Shown: one piece after another, positions 26,601 through 40,098 of the stretch
Numbering within the stretch: the first letter of the stretch is position 1
How the letters are laid out: every line of letters starts with the position of its first letter
DNA from: Glycera tridactyla
Taxonomy: Eukaryota
Reading direction: 5' to 3'
Assembly: GCA_965644265.1 (NCBI GenBank)
Contig: OZ286464.1
Coordinates: 29,884,001-29,948,000, forward strand
DNA length: 64,000 nucleotides
The notes under the pieces: generated by a model
What the model was told of the DNA's origin: nothing
The model's input: only the letters and a program-made list of their open reading frames with translations
The model's database searches: none
Program-made: the position numbers and the translations under genes

Positions 26601-29555
26601 GATATTCCTCGTTGTTCACCCCTACCACAGCAGCCTAGTTCTCCTTAAAGTTCCATATCTCATCATCGATTCTTATGGCGACTCTTCACCGCCGAGATTA
26701 TTCACAAGTCTTCTGGCAGGGTATCACCAAACATTGAACAATGCCCTCACGAGACAGACATGAGCAGTTGTGCGCTATCGTGTTTAGCCTGACAGAGTGC
26801 AACTTTCTACCTTGGAGTTGCGCTCTCATGTACATGTGTATATTTTGTAGCTAGGTATTCTTTGTGTCTGGCTCGTGGGCTCCTGTTATATTACCTCGCC
26901 TGTCCTGGGACCATTAATTTGGGATCCCAGATAGCCGACGACACCATCATTCAGTCTCGCTCGGGTTTATGCATGTAGCTCATTGATAGAAGACTGCCGG
27001 ATGCAAACAAGCCTTCTTTGAATGGTATATAATACAATTTGACCAACTTCTGGGAAGATCTGCGACCTGCGTCAAGAACTATAGTCTTTGACATCTTAGC
27101 AATTCGACCCGCAGAAAGCCCCTCCACCACTGGCAACTATGGATTTCATATAATCATACTGGATCGTATGTCTTGATCGTTTGTTACCATCCGAAAAAAT
27201 GCATGGAAATTCGTAAGCAGATCCTTTCCAGAAGCTGATACATCACACTTTGTTTATACCTTCATTGACAGGGGTTACAAATGATTATATTGGGCATTTA
27301 GGAAGGATGACCTTGAGGTGACTGTCCTTGCCCGTCGTTGTTCAGCTTTGAAATATCAATTCTACAAGGGATAATAAGGTACTGATCAAAACATGTTCCC
27401 CACCCTACACAGATTGCATACTTCCACGAAGAATGGTGAACCCAAAATTCCATTTCTCTGATTGGCCAAGAATAAGCCAATGGTTTATATTGGAATAAAA
27501 TCGTAGCATCGTAGGTATCGAAAGGATTGATGAGATGGTGCCTGGATAAACAAATGAGTACTGTATTTGGACAAGTATCGACAAAACAGGAGAAACTGCA
27601 CCAAACTATGGACATTGATGTAAGAATATGGTACTCTTGAGATCAAACATGGCACAGAAGACGACATGAAGTGATTGACATTTTCGACTAGTGAAGCATG
27701 GACACGGTTGGAGTGACGCAGGTCTTCTCCTGACTCCCCGACTGAGCCACTCTGGTGCCTCATTGAACAGTATTTCCCATACAACTATGGTCGGTTTAAC
27801 AAACTTGATAAACCGATCAGTGTCTCTCTGAAGATCATTCGGCGTCACATTTCTGAAAAAGATCCTGAACAAACATATTGGTCGGCTTGTGTAAACAGTT
27901 GGGATCTTCTTTGTTTGCACTTGTGTCAACTACCTGAGGATGCTCTTGCTAAAATAACACCATTTCAAGCCGTTCAAGCCACCGTACACAAAGAAGGCCA
28001 GTGGACGAGATTTCATCAAATGGGCAGATATATTGGGCCTTGGTGCAGCTTGACATATCCTCCCACAACCAAGTATTCAGCCATGAGAGAGATTGAGTGC
28101 CAGTGACCCCGATCAATGAATGACGCCTCTCTTCATATTTCATTCTCTCGGGCCATCCTCATTGTTGCGTCTCGTGTCTGGTTTCATCACATTATTATTG
28201 TTTTCTCTGATTTCTGGTCCAACATGCAGTAGTTTATCTCTGTCATTTACGATCTCATGTCTCCTATTAGGAGCTTACTGCAATCAGAAGTTGGCCTCCT
28301 CGATTCATTCGCCATGGGTTACTCTTCAAAATGTAAGTTTAAAGGCAAGCTTCTCACTCAGATCAAAAGATGACTAGCACTGTTATTTGAGCTGTGATCT
28401 TCGTAAGTACTTTGGAAGGGAGGAATATCGAGAAAACCATATCAACGATCTCAAACCAATGATGCCACTTGATAGTCCATCGATTGGGTTCTATGCTCAC
28501 TTAAAATGACAACTTGATCTGCTACATCGAGTCACTGGTTGATCGGAGCATGGCAGCATGGGTCGACTCAAAAGATTATGTATACTCTGTCCTCCCCAAA
28601 TATCATTCTCACAAACCCCGAACACAAAATCATGAAAAATAACAGCAGTTGTCGAACGCAAGTGACTTGCAGTTCAGACACATCTTCGCCCGCATACCAC
28701 GTACACCATTTTGAGCCACATCTAATTAGAAAACGGAGAGTGCGCCGGTGGTTGCTATAACTCGGTACACTCATAAATTGGAACCACTTCATATGGCCTA
28801 GGGATAAAACGGAGGGGATGTCAGGACAACGCTGGCATATAAGTGAGTGTGAATAAATCACCAAATAGTGACTTCCAGTGCATGCTTGAAGGTCGGAATG
28901 GAGAAGACGAGTGCTATTAGTAGATATATAACGAGCAACATATAATCAGATAGATGAATGTATATGACACGTAAAAGACGATCGGGGTGGAAATGTGTAA
29001 GGAGATGGCCATGGTGAAACGGGATAACACTATGTGAAGGCACTTTGGCCTACCAATGAGCAAGATTTATGTGTGAGTCATAACCGGGAAGAGGCTCATA
29101 AAATCTGATGACATTTGCTTTGAATCTAATGGTGCGCACTAGGCCGCGAGATGGCAGTACTGACACATATAGCGTCAAGCGCCCGATTCATCGCTCAGGC
29201 CAATAAGCAGTCACCATTAGCTGCAGACCTTGTGGGGGTCTGATGTAGAAATTCACTCCACGCGTCCTCCTCTTCTACATTTGGTTGAATCGCTTTTGGG
29301 AGTTATCGTTTCGGCTTTGTACAAACAACTGACTTGCTTATCGGGATTAGGTGTCCAGTCGATTTCTTTGGGCTTGATTGTCAATCTCCTCTGTCTTGCT
29401 AATTTTTCGTTCGACATAGTAGATCAATCAGCGAGTGTTTTAACAGGTCAAAACAAATGTGGGGTTGATACACAATCTTACAGATGGCTAGATATCCGTA
29501 TATTTGAGTCGTCTTCCATTTGGTCGGCCACATTGAGACGTCTATAAAATGAGCA

Positions 29556-30175
29556 CTAGCCATATCCCGTGTAATACACGGATGTTTTCACTCCCTCGAA
29601 GCATTTACACAGAAAATCTTCAATGCAAATTCAAACTGCAAGTCTAACATGCCCTGAAAACCTTCTATCCATCCTATGGCTGTTCAAAACTTGTGATTCT
29701 CACATTAAACTAAGATAACCTCTTTGAATAGAATATTTCTGGTGAAATGCTGCTTGTTGAATAGTCCCTGAGTTGATGTTTGACACAATTGAATATAGAT
29801 GTCCTTGAATGTCCTTGGCCTGGAAAAGGCTACATTGATCTGACCATGTGAAAGAATACAGCTGTGGGTTGGTAGGTATATGCCGAGCCCCTCAATCATT
29901 TGCCCTTGTGACTTATCGATTGTCATGGAATATGCCAACCTGGAGGAATTGGATTCTTTGAATTGTATAGGGCGGAGATCCATCAGATGATGCCAATAAA
30001 ATTCTTGGAATAAGGACCCGTTCTCCTTTGTTGGACCCGATCAAAATTTCTGCATCCAGTACACATTCATGCAATCAATGGAAGTTAGCCTGGTTCCATT
30101 GCAGAGGCCTTTTCTCATGTCTAAGTTTTGAAGAAGCATGATAATAGCACCAGGTTTTAGCATTAGGTCACTGTT
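29556..30175 (-). mobile_element. 5'-truncated Helitron: PIF1-family helicase C-terminus plus canonical 3' end
   Basis: Frameshifted minus-strand motifs LMLKPGAIIMLLQNLDMRKGLCNGTRL, VLDAEILIGSNKGERVLIPRI, RIQF and RLAYSMTIDKSQGQ..GIYL..LSHGQINVAFSR. The 3' terminus has the hairpin CCGTGT-ATT-ACACGG (29567-29581), then GATATGG-CTAG|T (CTAG at 29556-29559). Confidence 0.9.
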
Positions 30176-30470
30176 TACAGGTATAAGAAATGCTCATTTA
30201 TTTGGCTTTTTATCAATTCACATTTCCATCAATCAGGATCCATCAATTCCCCCACTAATTTATGAATGAATGGAGTAGTCTCTTGGTAAAAACAAATCAT
30301 ATTGGTTAGGATATTGAACTCGTGAATCGACCAGACATGGATGTTCATGCTCATTTTAAATATGTAGTGAATTTTTGCTTGTAGCTAAAATCAAAGCTAT
30401 CAGTGGCTGATGAACAATTTAGTGTTTCAAACAGCTGCAGACTGAGTGAAATTAGGGTTAACGAATCAGG

Positions 30471-30471
<1 letters not shown>

Positions 30472-30527
<56 letters not shown>
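30472..30527. repeat. (CA)n microsatellite
   Basis: Perfect CA run. Confidence 0.95.
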
Positions 30528-30531
<4 letters not shown>

Positions 30532-31261
30532 GAGGAGGATAAAGGGTATATACCCCTTCTTCTCACTGTCATTTTTTTGGGGTGGGTGGTTGGCCCTGTC
30601 GGGAAGGAGTGAGTTGCAGAGTAGGGTCAGTGTTACCCCCCATCTAACTCTGTGGTTGCATGTAGACACGCTGGTAGAGTCAGGCTAGCGGAGGACAGCT
30701 AGGTGTGTACCCAGAGGTCTCGGTGGCTCTGACCACACGCACAAACCCCTGCCTACTAATTACCATCATCCTGACCTACATGGGCCATAGCTAGTTCCTA
30801 TTATTGATACAAACATAAACATCAAAGGGAGCAACACTGACAGAGACTCCTGGGATGACACCAGACCCATCCCAAACGAAGCTGATTTCACTGGCTAGGA
30901 GAATGGGGTGTGGCAAAATAGTGGGCACTCCTGTGACCTAGGTTCTTTGCAGATGAGCCAGAGTCAGACATATATGGAGGTAAGGACAATTGCAGTCCAA
31001 AATGGCCGCCAGTAGGTGCAAAAGTTGGCACAAAGTTCATAAACCTCAGCACACAGACAATCAAAACATTTTTTTCTGTAAAAAAAAAGGTTGTGCTCAG
31101 ATTGAGACCAAACCGGACAAAATCGGTTTGGCGAGATTGGAGCTTCCGGTGTCACAACGTTTTGGGAATCCGGTATTATATTATAGATGGGTTGAATCAT
31201 CCATGGCATAACTGAAGGTTGAAATTCATGAATATTCTACACACTCGAGGTTTCACAGTAC

Positions 31262-31432
31262 AGAAGAGCGAGCGAGCGAGAGAAAAGTGAGATAGACAGA
31301 GGAGGAGAGAGACAGAGGAGGAGAGAGAGAAAGCGAGAGAGAGAGGGTGAAAGTGAGAGAGACAGAGGGAGAGAGAAAACGAGTGAAAGAGAGATAGCAA
31401 GAGTGAAAGAAAGATAGAGGGAGACAGAGAGA
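31262..31432. repeat. Degenerate (GA)n purine-rich tract
   Basis: GAGAGAGACAGAGGAGGAGAGAGAG... Confidence 0.85.
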
Positions 31433-32121
31433 TGGGGGGGGGGGATAGGAGCAGAATTTTCCCCACTGCACATAATACCCGATCATCCACCCCGTGGTAG
31501 TACCGATTAATCACATGATAAAATCATGAGACTGGCATCGGAAGTAGTCTCGAACATACTGAAATCATATGAAAGTCTGAGAGCCGCTCGGAAAGCAGCT
31601 GTATGCCAGTACATCCACTGGCGAGGACGGATAAATATTCGTGAATCTTTTGAATCCCTTGTGAACTTTCTCTGGAATCGTCAATTCCTATATTGGCGGG
31701 AATACCGTGTTGCGATGTTGTCTAAGAGGATATTTTGAGCACGTGGTGATGGTGATATTGGTGATAACGCCATCTGACCCGGGAATGAACCTGCAAGCAT
31801 GAAGGATGGCTTCTGCGGACTCAAGGTCATCTCCTGCTCTGAAAAACTATCTGCCATCATAGAGATCTGATGAATATGGAGTGTTGCGCACGTCATTTTA
31901 GCACTTGGCTCAGCGACTGATGTCATCCCTGCCTCCACATTCACGCCAATGGGGTTGCCTGCTTGGTATGAGCAAGGGGGAGCTCCAGCATCTGATGTCT
32001 ATAACCTGCCCCTTTCCGACCCGTCATTGTCCGTCTGTTTGTCCTTTTGTCTAGCCAGATCCTCACCATGTTCACACTGAGACTAAGTCATTATATCTAA
32101 ATTATCGAAAAATGCTGACAA

Positions 32122-32395
32122 TACGAGTTCTACCTAATCCTATTTTTGATGATACAATTATGTACTTCTGGTATCATTTCGGAACTGTACTCAATTCTGA
32201 CATCCCGCTCATTCACGGAAAGTGACCAATTATCCCATTGGTTCTCTGTGGTACCAGAAGTGGTCTTTGTGAACAGGTGGCCTGTGAAGAGGGGCTGCTT
32301 AATGTAGAATATGCTATATGAGTCATCACTCATAGTGACCCTAGTCGACAGGTGACCTCGGTATAGATGTGGTCTCGCGAGCAGGTAGAACTGTA
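32122..32395. mobile_element. MITE with TA-CAGT-type ends (Tc1/mariner-pogo-like)
   Basis: Left end TAC(G)AGTTCTACCT (32122-32135) and right end AGGTAGAACTGTA (32383-32395) are inverted repeats. The interior has repeated GTGGTC/CAGGTG(G/A)C motifs. Confidence 0.65.
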
Positions 32396-33489
32396 TAGCA
32401 GATGGGATATTTGAGATTTGATACACTAATCAGCTTTTCCCGTAGATTGAATTTTGTTCGAAAATCAGGCAGAACCGATCGGATTGACTATTTATTGCAG
32501 ATACAGCTATGAAACACTGCTGCAACATACCAAAGTCAAACCCGATATCCGGGTTTCTGTCGGGTATATGTATATCTAAAAGGGAAGGTAGGGAATTCAG
32601 AGGTAAGAAAGCCGAGACAGGTGATTTAGTTCCGACGATCCACATTCTCATAGTTAGACGAGTAATGTATACTGGGTTTCGGTGTTGGTGGAGGGGGCGG
32701 TATCTTCATACCTTTTAGTGGCTCATCCATTGTATTATGACTGCCTTTGATCTGTGGATCTAGTTAAATGCAATCTGGTCTCAGTGTCTGCTGGGCTGGG
32801 AGGGATTCAGGATGGTCATAGATAAATTCAACAGTATTCATGGTCATGATTTTTCCACGTGCCAGGGTAGTTCGGTGAAATGTGTCCCTATTATCGATCA
32901 TTGGTTCTTAGAACCGATCGGTTAGGCGATTTCTAGTTTGGCCAACATGTTGCAGGCCACAGCCATCGTATTTAATGTAGTTGATCTATATATCTATTCA
33001 TTCATTTATTGATCTTTTCATTTAATAGATGATTGATCGATTAANNNNNNNNNNNNNNNNNNNNNNNNNNNNNNNNNNNNNNNNNNNNNNNNNNNNNNNN
33101 NNNNNNNNNNNNNNNNNNNNNNNNNNNNNNNNNNNNNNNNNNNNNNNNNNNNNNNNNNNNNNNNNNNNNNNNNNNNNNNNNNNNNNNNNNNCTGGATAGT
33201 AGGAAATGGTTACCCACTAAACAATAGCGTAGCGTATTAGAGGGATGTGGGCAGGTATAATAACAATATATAAATAGTGGGAGATATGAGATAGGCTAAA
33301 CGACTCGGCTGCTGCTTGCTGCTTGTCAACTGCTGCAGATATTTGACCTAGGGCTGTTCTCTCAGCCATGATAGATACTGGGTCGCCTGAATAACAACGC
33401 TAAATAAACCAGCCGGCTCACTTCACTACTAGATCACAGCTCCGTCAAAATGATCAGATTCGCCTAGTATGTAGTCAGTACTAACATAT

Positions 33490-33730
33490 CCACGCATGCC
33501 AGGCGCAACCGATCACGTGGTTTGTGGATCCACGATCACCCACGGTCGAGTGAAATGGGCCTACGTCTTGCATCAGCTGCTGGAGGAAGCAATGACGGAG
33601 CATGCGCAATATTTCGACCTCGTTCCGTTTCCGGTCAGATCGATGTGGGTCGTGTATCAGGCCGGCGGCCACTCCGGTCCATTTTCAGCGGCTTGCCGCA
33701 ATATCATTCCGGCAACACCCAACTAAAAAG
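33490..33730. promoter_or_regulatory. CpG-rich patch with ETS-like and NRF1-like motifs (promoter-like or TE-derived)
   Basis: Local GC and CpG are well above the flanks; it contains GCATGCGCA (about 33599) and TTCCGTTTCCGG (about 33623-33634). Confidence 0.3.
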
Positions 33731-36179
33731 TTGACCTGCCAACATCGAATGATAGACTGTATTAAGCAGCAGTCTGGGTGTGAACAAAAAATTCATCGAA
33801 TCTTGCATCATGGTGAATTGAATCACTCGCACAAACTGGTTTGAATACCCACAGGAACTCCACGACAGGGCAGTCCCAGTCACATATGAACCCATAAAGA
33901 TGTGATTACATGTTCGTGAAATTACAATGATTGATGATGCATGGTTAAATTTGATTCGATTCTCTAGACTATGCCCATTAGGAATCAGTAATCCAGCACG
34001 TACGGAAATCCTGTTTTAGTGCTGACTACGAAGTACGCTTGAGCAACAAATTGTAAATGTGATTCTTATTCACTAAAGTCCATTCTGCAATTTTCAATTC
34101 GAAACCTTTCCAAAACTCATGGGAAAGGAAGACGATTACCCTCCCCCCCATTAGAGTATTCAAGCTACCAAAGGTCATACATACGATATATAGAGAACAT
34201 AATAACATGACAAGACACCAAGACATTGTAGGAATGCAGATGAATGGTTCGTTCTGGTTCCACATCATATAAGTAAAAGTGCCCAAGCCATAACGAGAAA
34301 GTTCACCTTCACACATGAGAGGTAGAGATCACATGGAACTTTGCTCGATCATTCCAGCCATGAATGAAAACAGCGGAGGACACATACAAAATATATCTGT
34401 CACATTTGAATTTGACAGACAGAAAAATCAGAATTGCAGCATTCAATTTGATTCCCAGTGGCTACATCTTTGGTCATCATCCGGATCAACTTCTGGATGA
34501 CTCGTTTCGATGCTGTCGAGGTTGTTCTCAGTGACGGGAGATTACACATGCTTCTTTTATAGGTTGCAGCGACATGTAACAACAATAAACTATAAGTGAA
34601 GTGCCCATGATTCAAAGAATATATGACAATAAATGACATAATTTCCTGTATAAAGAACCAGACAAGATGTCGATTCCTCCAAATACACGCTGGAAATCCA
34701 ATATAATCAACATTCATGGTAAGATATGATTTTTCCACAAAGGGAGCGATGTACAGCCCCTTGCCTACATTGATGCAGTCTCCACGTGCTACCATATATC
34801 TCTATGGGCTCAGAGTATATTTTCTTATCAACGCTTCCCTTATACCTTATGTGCACCCAATTTACTTTTGTATGTATCTTCTTCATTGGTCTTGCGTTTT
34901 ACCAAAGTCTGCATATCCTTGAATATGTGTCGAACGAATACATCAATGGTTATAGCAAGGGATATTTGACCGTATACTTGCTACATCTTTCTAGCATTTT
35001 CTGGAGCTGTAGGCATTGTACTTGGGTGTTCTCCAAGCACAATAGTGGAGGGTTAATGGTCAAGACCAAAGATTCTTGTTATCGTAGAACTCAACAAAAC
35101 ACAGGCAAGTGGGACACAATAGGAGACGAACTACGACTGGTTGAGCTCACTGCAGATTAGAGTTGTCGTTCGCATACTATGATGGAGGAGGTTCAAGTAC
35201 GTGCGTCACACACACAGCCACTGATTGATTGCTGTCCACTCTCTTTTAACCCTCTAATCGAACGTGGAAAGTCCTACCAGTGGGACCATTTAAAGCATAA
35301 AAAAGCCAGCTGCGAAAAAAAATATGACCATTCACGTGCTGGAGGAGTTGGTCATGAAGGTCGAGCGAGCTACATCGTCCCTGGACACTTCTTAAGCATA
35401 TGGTCGCCTGGGAGAATACACGCAGGCCACTCCATGATAAATGATCAAAGTCATCGGATCTGTGAGGAGCGTGAATCTTTGACATTAGCAATTAGTAATC
35501 GCACCATTTCCCTGCTCGGAAAGTGACTATAACCTTGTCGATCGTCTCACCTCTGACGTAGGGTATCACTCGGGCAGGACAGCCTCAGGGGGGTCTTCTC
35601 GTGTGCATTTCATATAGCTGAAACTGACACCTTCGCTGGCCTCCCAACAGCTGCCTACTGGCCATAATTTAATAACCCTATAGTTATTGGACGTAGGTTA
35701 AACTACTGCCGACTCATACGAGGCCGATACGTGAGAGAATGTTAGCAACCATTGTTTTGTCAGAGCTGTCAGTTGATGTTCGGTGATGTTCGGTAGCTTG
35801 CTAGTGGTTGAGCTATCATTTGACGGCCCTACTGTCATATAGTATAAACTCAAGATGGTATCCTCCATTGCCTGACTTTGTCTGGCAACCCAATTTGAGG
35901 AAAGACAAATTGTATGTTCTCTTGGGTATGGCTAACCTCCATCACTGCAGTCCAAGACGGCATTACGGGTGGGTCTTGCAAACGTGATGCCGCCCCAACC
36001 GAGTCAGCTGCGTACTGGATGAGTGAGGTTAGGGTATGCCATCGAAGTTAACGTGAAATAACTCACACCCATGGATCCCTGGAAACTGTGTACCGATACG
36101 ATATGATTTCGCATTATCCGCTCACCATCATTGGTGGATATGGACCACGTTTGCTCGATGATTGAACAGCAAGTATGAA

Positions 36180-36462
36180 CAATGAAACCAGAAATGACAA
36201 TGACAATGATAATGTCGACAGTGATAATGCCGATCATGACGGCGACAACGACGACAGCGGCCACTACTACGACGACGACGATGACGGTGCAGGCGATGAT
36301 GGTGATGGTGGTGATGATGATGATGATGATGATGATGGTGAAGATTTGGAAGAGGGGGAGGAGAAGGGGAAGTTGGAGCAGGAGGATGAGGAGGAGGGGG
36401 AGGGGGGAGGAGAGGGGTAGGAGGAGGATGGCGATGGCGACGGCGATAGCGATGGCGACGAT
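36180..36462. repeat. Compound GAC/GAT/GAG microsatellite
   Basis: Low-complexity trinucleotide tracts running into the gap; this explains the acidic ORF at 36175-36420. Confidence 0.85.
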
Positions 36463-36789
36463 NNNNNNNNNNNNNNNNNNNNNNNNNNNNNNNNNNNNNN
36501 NNNNNNNNNNNNNNNNNNNNNNNNNNNNNNNNNNNNNNNNNNNNNNNNNNNNNNNNNNNNNNNNNNNNNNNNNNNNNNNNNNNNNNNNNNNNNNNNNNNN
36601 NNNNNNNNNGATCAGGATGGTGGTGATGGTGATGAGCGCAGTGTCTAAACTATTCCCAGCGATCATATTTGAAATAATGCAAGGGAAAAATAGATTACTC
36701 TCTGTTGATTACAATTGGATGAAAAAGGAGAAAAATGAGGACAATTTAGATTGATGTCAGTGTAATCACTCTTGAGTATTGAATTGTTT

Positions 36790-37030
36790 TTAGTTTCGGA
36801 CAGAGGGCGCCGCATGTCGTAAGCACGTAATCGATACACAAGGCAGCCAATCAGATGAAAGCAGGACACCGCGCATGCGTGAACGGATTGGCGCATGCTC
36901 CCGATAGGCCTCACTACACAAGACGCCATATTATGTCCGATTAAATTTGTTTCTTACATCCCTGATTGATCTCAAACATTTTGCCATTCACCAGTGCGGC
37001 GACATCAGCGGCCGGGAAGATGACGGGAAG
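36790..37030. promoter_or_regulatory. Promoter-like motif cluster (CCAAT boxes, NRF1-like, YY1-like, ETS-like)
   Basis: AGCCAATCAG (about 36845), GCGCATGCGT (about 36871), GATTGGCGCATGC (about 36887), CGCCATATT (36924-36932) and GGGAAGTG (about 37027). Also bracketed by a 7-bp inverted repeat TCGGACA/TGTCCGA. Confidence 0.35.
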
Positions 37031-37779
37031 TGCATATCTAGATGACATGTAATGGTTATTGCTGCTCTGTTCCTCCCAAGGTTCGGAACCAGTTTGGATA
37101 AATGGAAAAGGCGGTGAAATAGTGGATATCTCATTGTCACATCTGATGTCAAATGAGGACTGGTAGATTGTCTTGTGTTTTTTAACCCCGCCCTATGGTT
37201 CTTGGTGTGTTTCAGTTCTGATATTGGCGCCATCACTCTGTTTCCACATATTTGCTGTACTTCATACAAAATCTGAATACGTACTGGGTAAAGGATTAAT
37301 AAAATGATGAGTCAGACGACAATAGAGAATATAGGGCCATCCACTTAAAATGTGAGCATATACCGCATGGAGGAGTTCCATACCTTTTCCATGGTGACCA
37401 GTGATGTCGAATGCCAAAAATTGGAATGCCAAAAATCGAATCAGATCATTTTGTGAAATTGTGTCCAGTTTACAATCTTTATCCATCCATCCATTCATCA
37501 ATTTATCTATCTATCCAAGGCCTGGTGTTGTTTTCTTGGATGGTTGGTCAGTTGATTGTGATGTTGCTTTCTTGGGTGGTTAGTTGATGATTGTTCAATG
37601 TCTCGTCATGACCATCTGGACTATATTGAGACACCTCCCGATGTATGGAATCATTCAAACGACCAATCTCTGGGTCTCACACGGGAAAAATTCATGTAAA
37701 TTCACGGTGACTTTCGGATGTCGTGAACTATTTGGTCTGCCCACGGATGATGTCAGTGTGGGCGCACGATTGTGTCTTG

Positions 37780-37872
37780 GTCCGCTCGTTCGTGGCTGTG
37801 TTCGTGCACGTGTGCGTGGTTTGGTGCGTGCGTGTCAGTGACAATGTTAGCGTGCGTGCGTGCGTGCGTGAC
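37780..37872. repeat. (CGTG)n tetranucleotide microsatellite
   Basis: GTGCGTGCGTGCGTGCGTG tracts. Confidence 0.8.
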
Positions 37873-38923
37873 GGTGCGGCTATGAACTGGAGACGAACGA
37901 TAAGCGTTATCGGCGATGACACGCGTCCATGATAGGATGGACAGATCGATGAATCACTCATCGATGCTCATCAGATAGGCCACTTATCATCCCTCGGGCT
38001 TCTCTCACTCCGTCGTCAATCTGCCCCAATTCCGCCAGCTCTCATGTTTTCACTGATATATCGTCATACGACCTCGGACCACGATCTCCAGTTTATCCAT
38101 TGCCTACCTGACCTTTGAAGGTGATAAAACCTTATCTTCGGCTACACGTGTCACCAATTATATGCTGATGTGCTACCAAAAGCACATTGAAATCCGGATT
38201 CTCTGGGATGTATTTAAACACTTTGAAGGCAAATTTAGTCCTTTGGGTCATTTTACCGACCTTTCAAGGGCGCTTAGTGACTTGTAGATTTTAATAGACA
38301 TCCCTCAATGACTAGAATTCGGATGAAATGTAATCAGATTTTATACCAGCAGTACCTANNNNNNNNNNNNNNNNNNNNNNNNNNNNNNNNNNNNNNNNNN
38401 NNNNNNNNNNNNNNNNNNNNNNNNNNNNNNNNNNNNNNNNNNNNNNNNNNNNNNNNNNNNNNNNNNNNNNNNNNNNNNNNNNNNNNNNNNNNNNNNNNNN
38501 NNNNNATAGTACATACCAAAATTACGTACACTAGAAACATATGACACCCGGATCTTTAGCGAAACAGGGCCCATGTACAAACTGTGAACGAGCCCCCCCT
38601 AATCGTTGCAATACATGTGCTATCATTAATCAGGATGGAGAAAGATCTATGGGCATGCAGTCCCCACAGGTTCATTGAACATGAAATTCTTGTTAGCTGA
38701 CCACCACACATATATTTATGATGAATGTTCGGCACGTGTGTCAGATTCTGAATACTTCCCTGGACATATATCAGAGATACTAGCCACCTTCCTTATGTAA
38801 ACCCTCTCACTTGTCGCACGCACAACTTCCCGACCTCCATTCCGAAGTTTCCCTTAGTGTAATATACCCAATGAAGTTGACAGGTCAGAATCTCTGAGAT
38901 CGCCAATGAAAAGTACAAATTAA

Positions 38924-39290
38924 GAGAATACGCATGGAAAACACCGATATAGTGTATGCGACATGAACGGACATGGCTAATTAATAATTAATTGTTTGAT
39001 ACTTATCCTATGACATTTCCATGTCGCTAGTGCTAACATAGACCTATAAAAGCGAGTGTCGAACGATTCAGCTTCAGTTTCTGGAGATGACGGGCATTAG
39101 CAGGGCATAGCTGATTGAGTGTGCTAACATACTGTGTGGGACCCAGGGCGGGTATATTAGCACTAGCGACATGGACATGCCATAGGATAAGTATCAAACT
39201 ACGCCCAGGGGGGCTAGGTTTAATGATTAATTAGCCCTGTTCGTTCATATCGCATATATCACCATATCGTTGTTTTCCATGAGCATTCTC
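38924..39290. mobile_element. Foldback-type non-autonomous element with long imperfect inverted arms
   Basis: The left arm (38924-39040: GAGAATACGCATGGAAAACACCGATATAG...TTTGATACTTATCCTATG...CCATGTCGCTAGTGCTAA) matches the reverse complement of the right arm (about 39157-39290), with an extra ~20-nt CTACGCCCAGGGGGGCTAGG segment in the right arm. Spacer about 115 bp. Confidence 0.8.
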
Positions 39291-39299
39291 AACAGTTGT

Positions 39300-40098
39300 A
39301 CTTTATCAAGTGTATCACGTGACCCATGTTAAAGCAAAAACTATATGTAAAATAGGCACCCTAGGAAGACTCTGTCCAGTCCTTAGTCGGGAGATGTCAT
39401 TGATGTTGTATCACACTTAAGTATTACCTGTCTTTGACTATGGAGATGTTGTCTTCAACGGTCTATCGCAGCGAGACTCAAATTCCCTCCAAAAGGTACA
39501 GAACATGGCTATGAGATATATATCGCAAGACAGCCTAGACGATTTAGTATTGAAGAACTGCACAGGGAATTAAATTTATTACCCCTTGATGTGAGAAGGG
39601 CTGAGCACGACTTGATACATGGTAATAACCTTTTATATGATCATTTCTCATGTAAACCACTCTGTGATCTGGTTTGTAGCTCTCATTCACACGCTACTAG
39701 GTCTAAAGATAGACCTCTGTTGAAAATTGACCGGATAAAATACTCGCCATGTTGCAAACATTTTAGGCACCAAGCTGCAAAAAGGTGGAATAGTTTTCTT
39801 TGTGAGCACTCCGATTCTGAGGTTATGGATCCTTCTGTATTCAAAGAGTTTTGGATGACATAAGATATCTGCAGATTATTTGATATATGACATGGCCCTT
39901 CTCATTCGCTTTTCCATTCGCTTCTTCTTTCACCCTCTCGTATTATCATCCAATCACTCCTCTCATTTCGTTTCACCTATCTTGTATTTGGTTATATGAG
40001 AATCCTGTATATCGTCATCCTGGAGATGAACATGTTCGTATTTTTAATCGTTTAATGACGATCCCAAATAAACGTTTTTCAATTCAATTCAATTCAAA
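39300..40098 (+). mobile_element. 5'-truncated CR1/L2-clade LINE with 3' UTR and (ATTCA)n tail; same family as the 11.3-kb copy
   Basis: HVKAKTICKIGTLGRLCPVLSREMSLMLYHT*VLPVFDYGDVVFNGLSQRDSNSLQKVQNMAMR; HSHATRSKDRPLLKI..FRHQAAKRWNSF; ends AATAAACGTTTTTCAATTCAATTCAATTCAA. Confidence 0.88.

Noticed and set aside
29250-29420. THAP-like W-x-P segment (KEIDWTPNPDKQVSC) on the minus strand
   Set aside because: The N-terminal C-x-C and terminal HF are missing, and an alternative frame looks equally protein-like, so it is probably chance.
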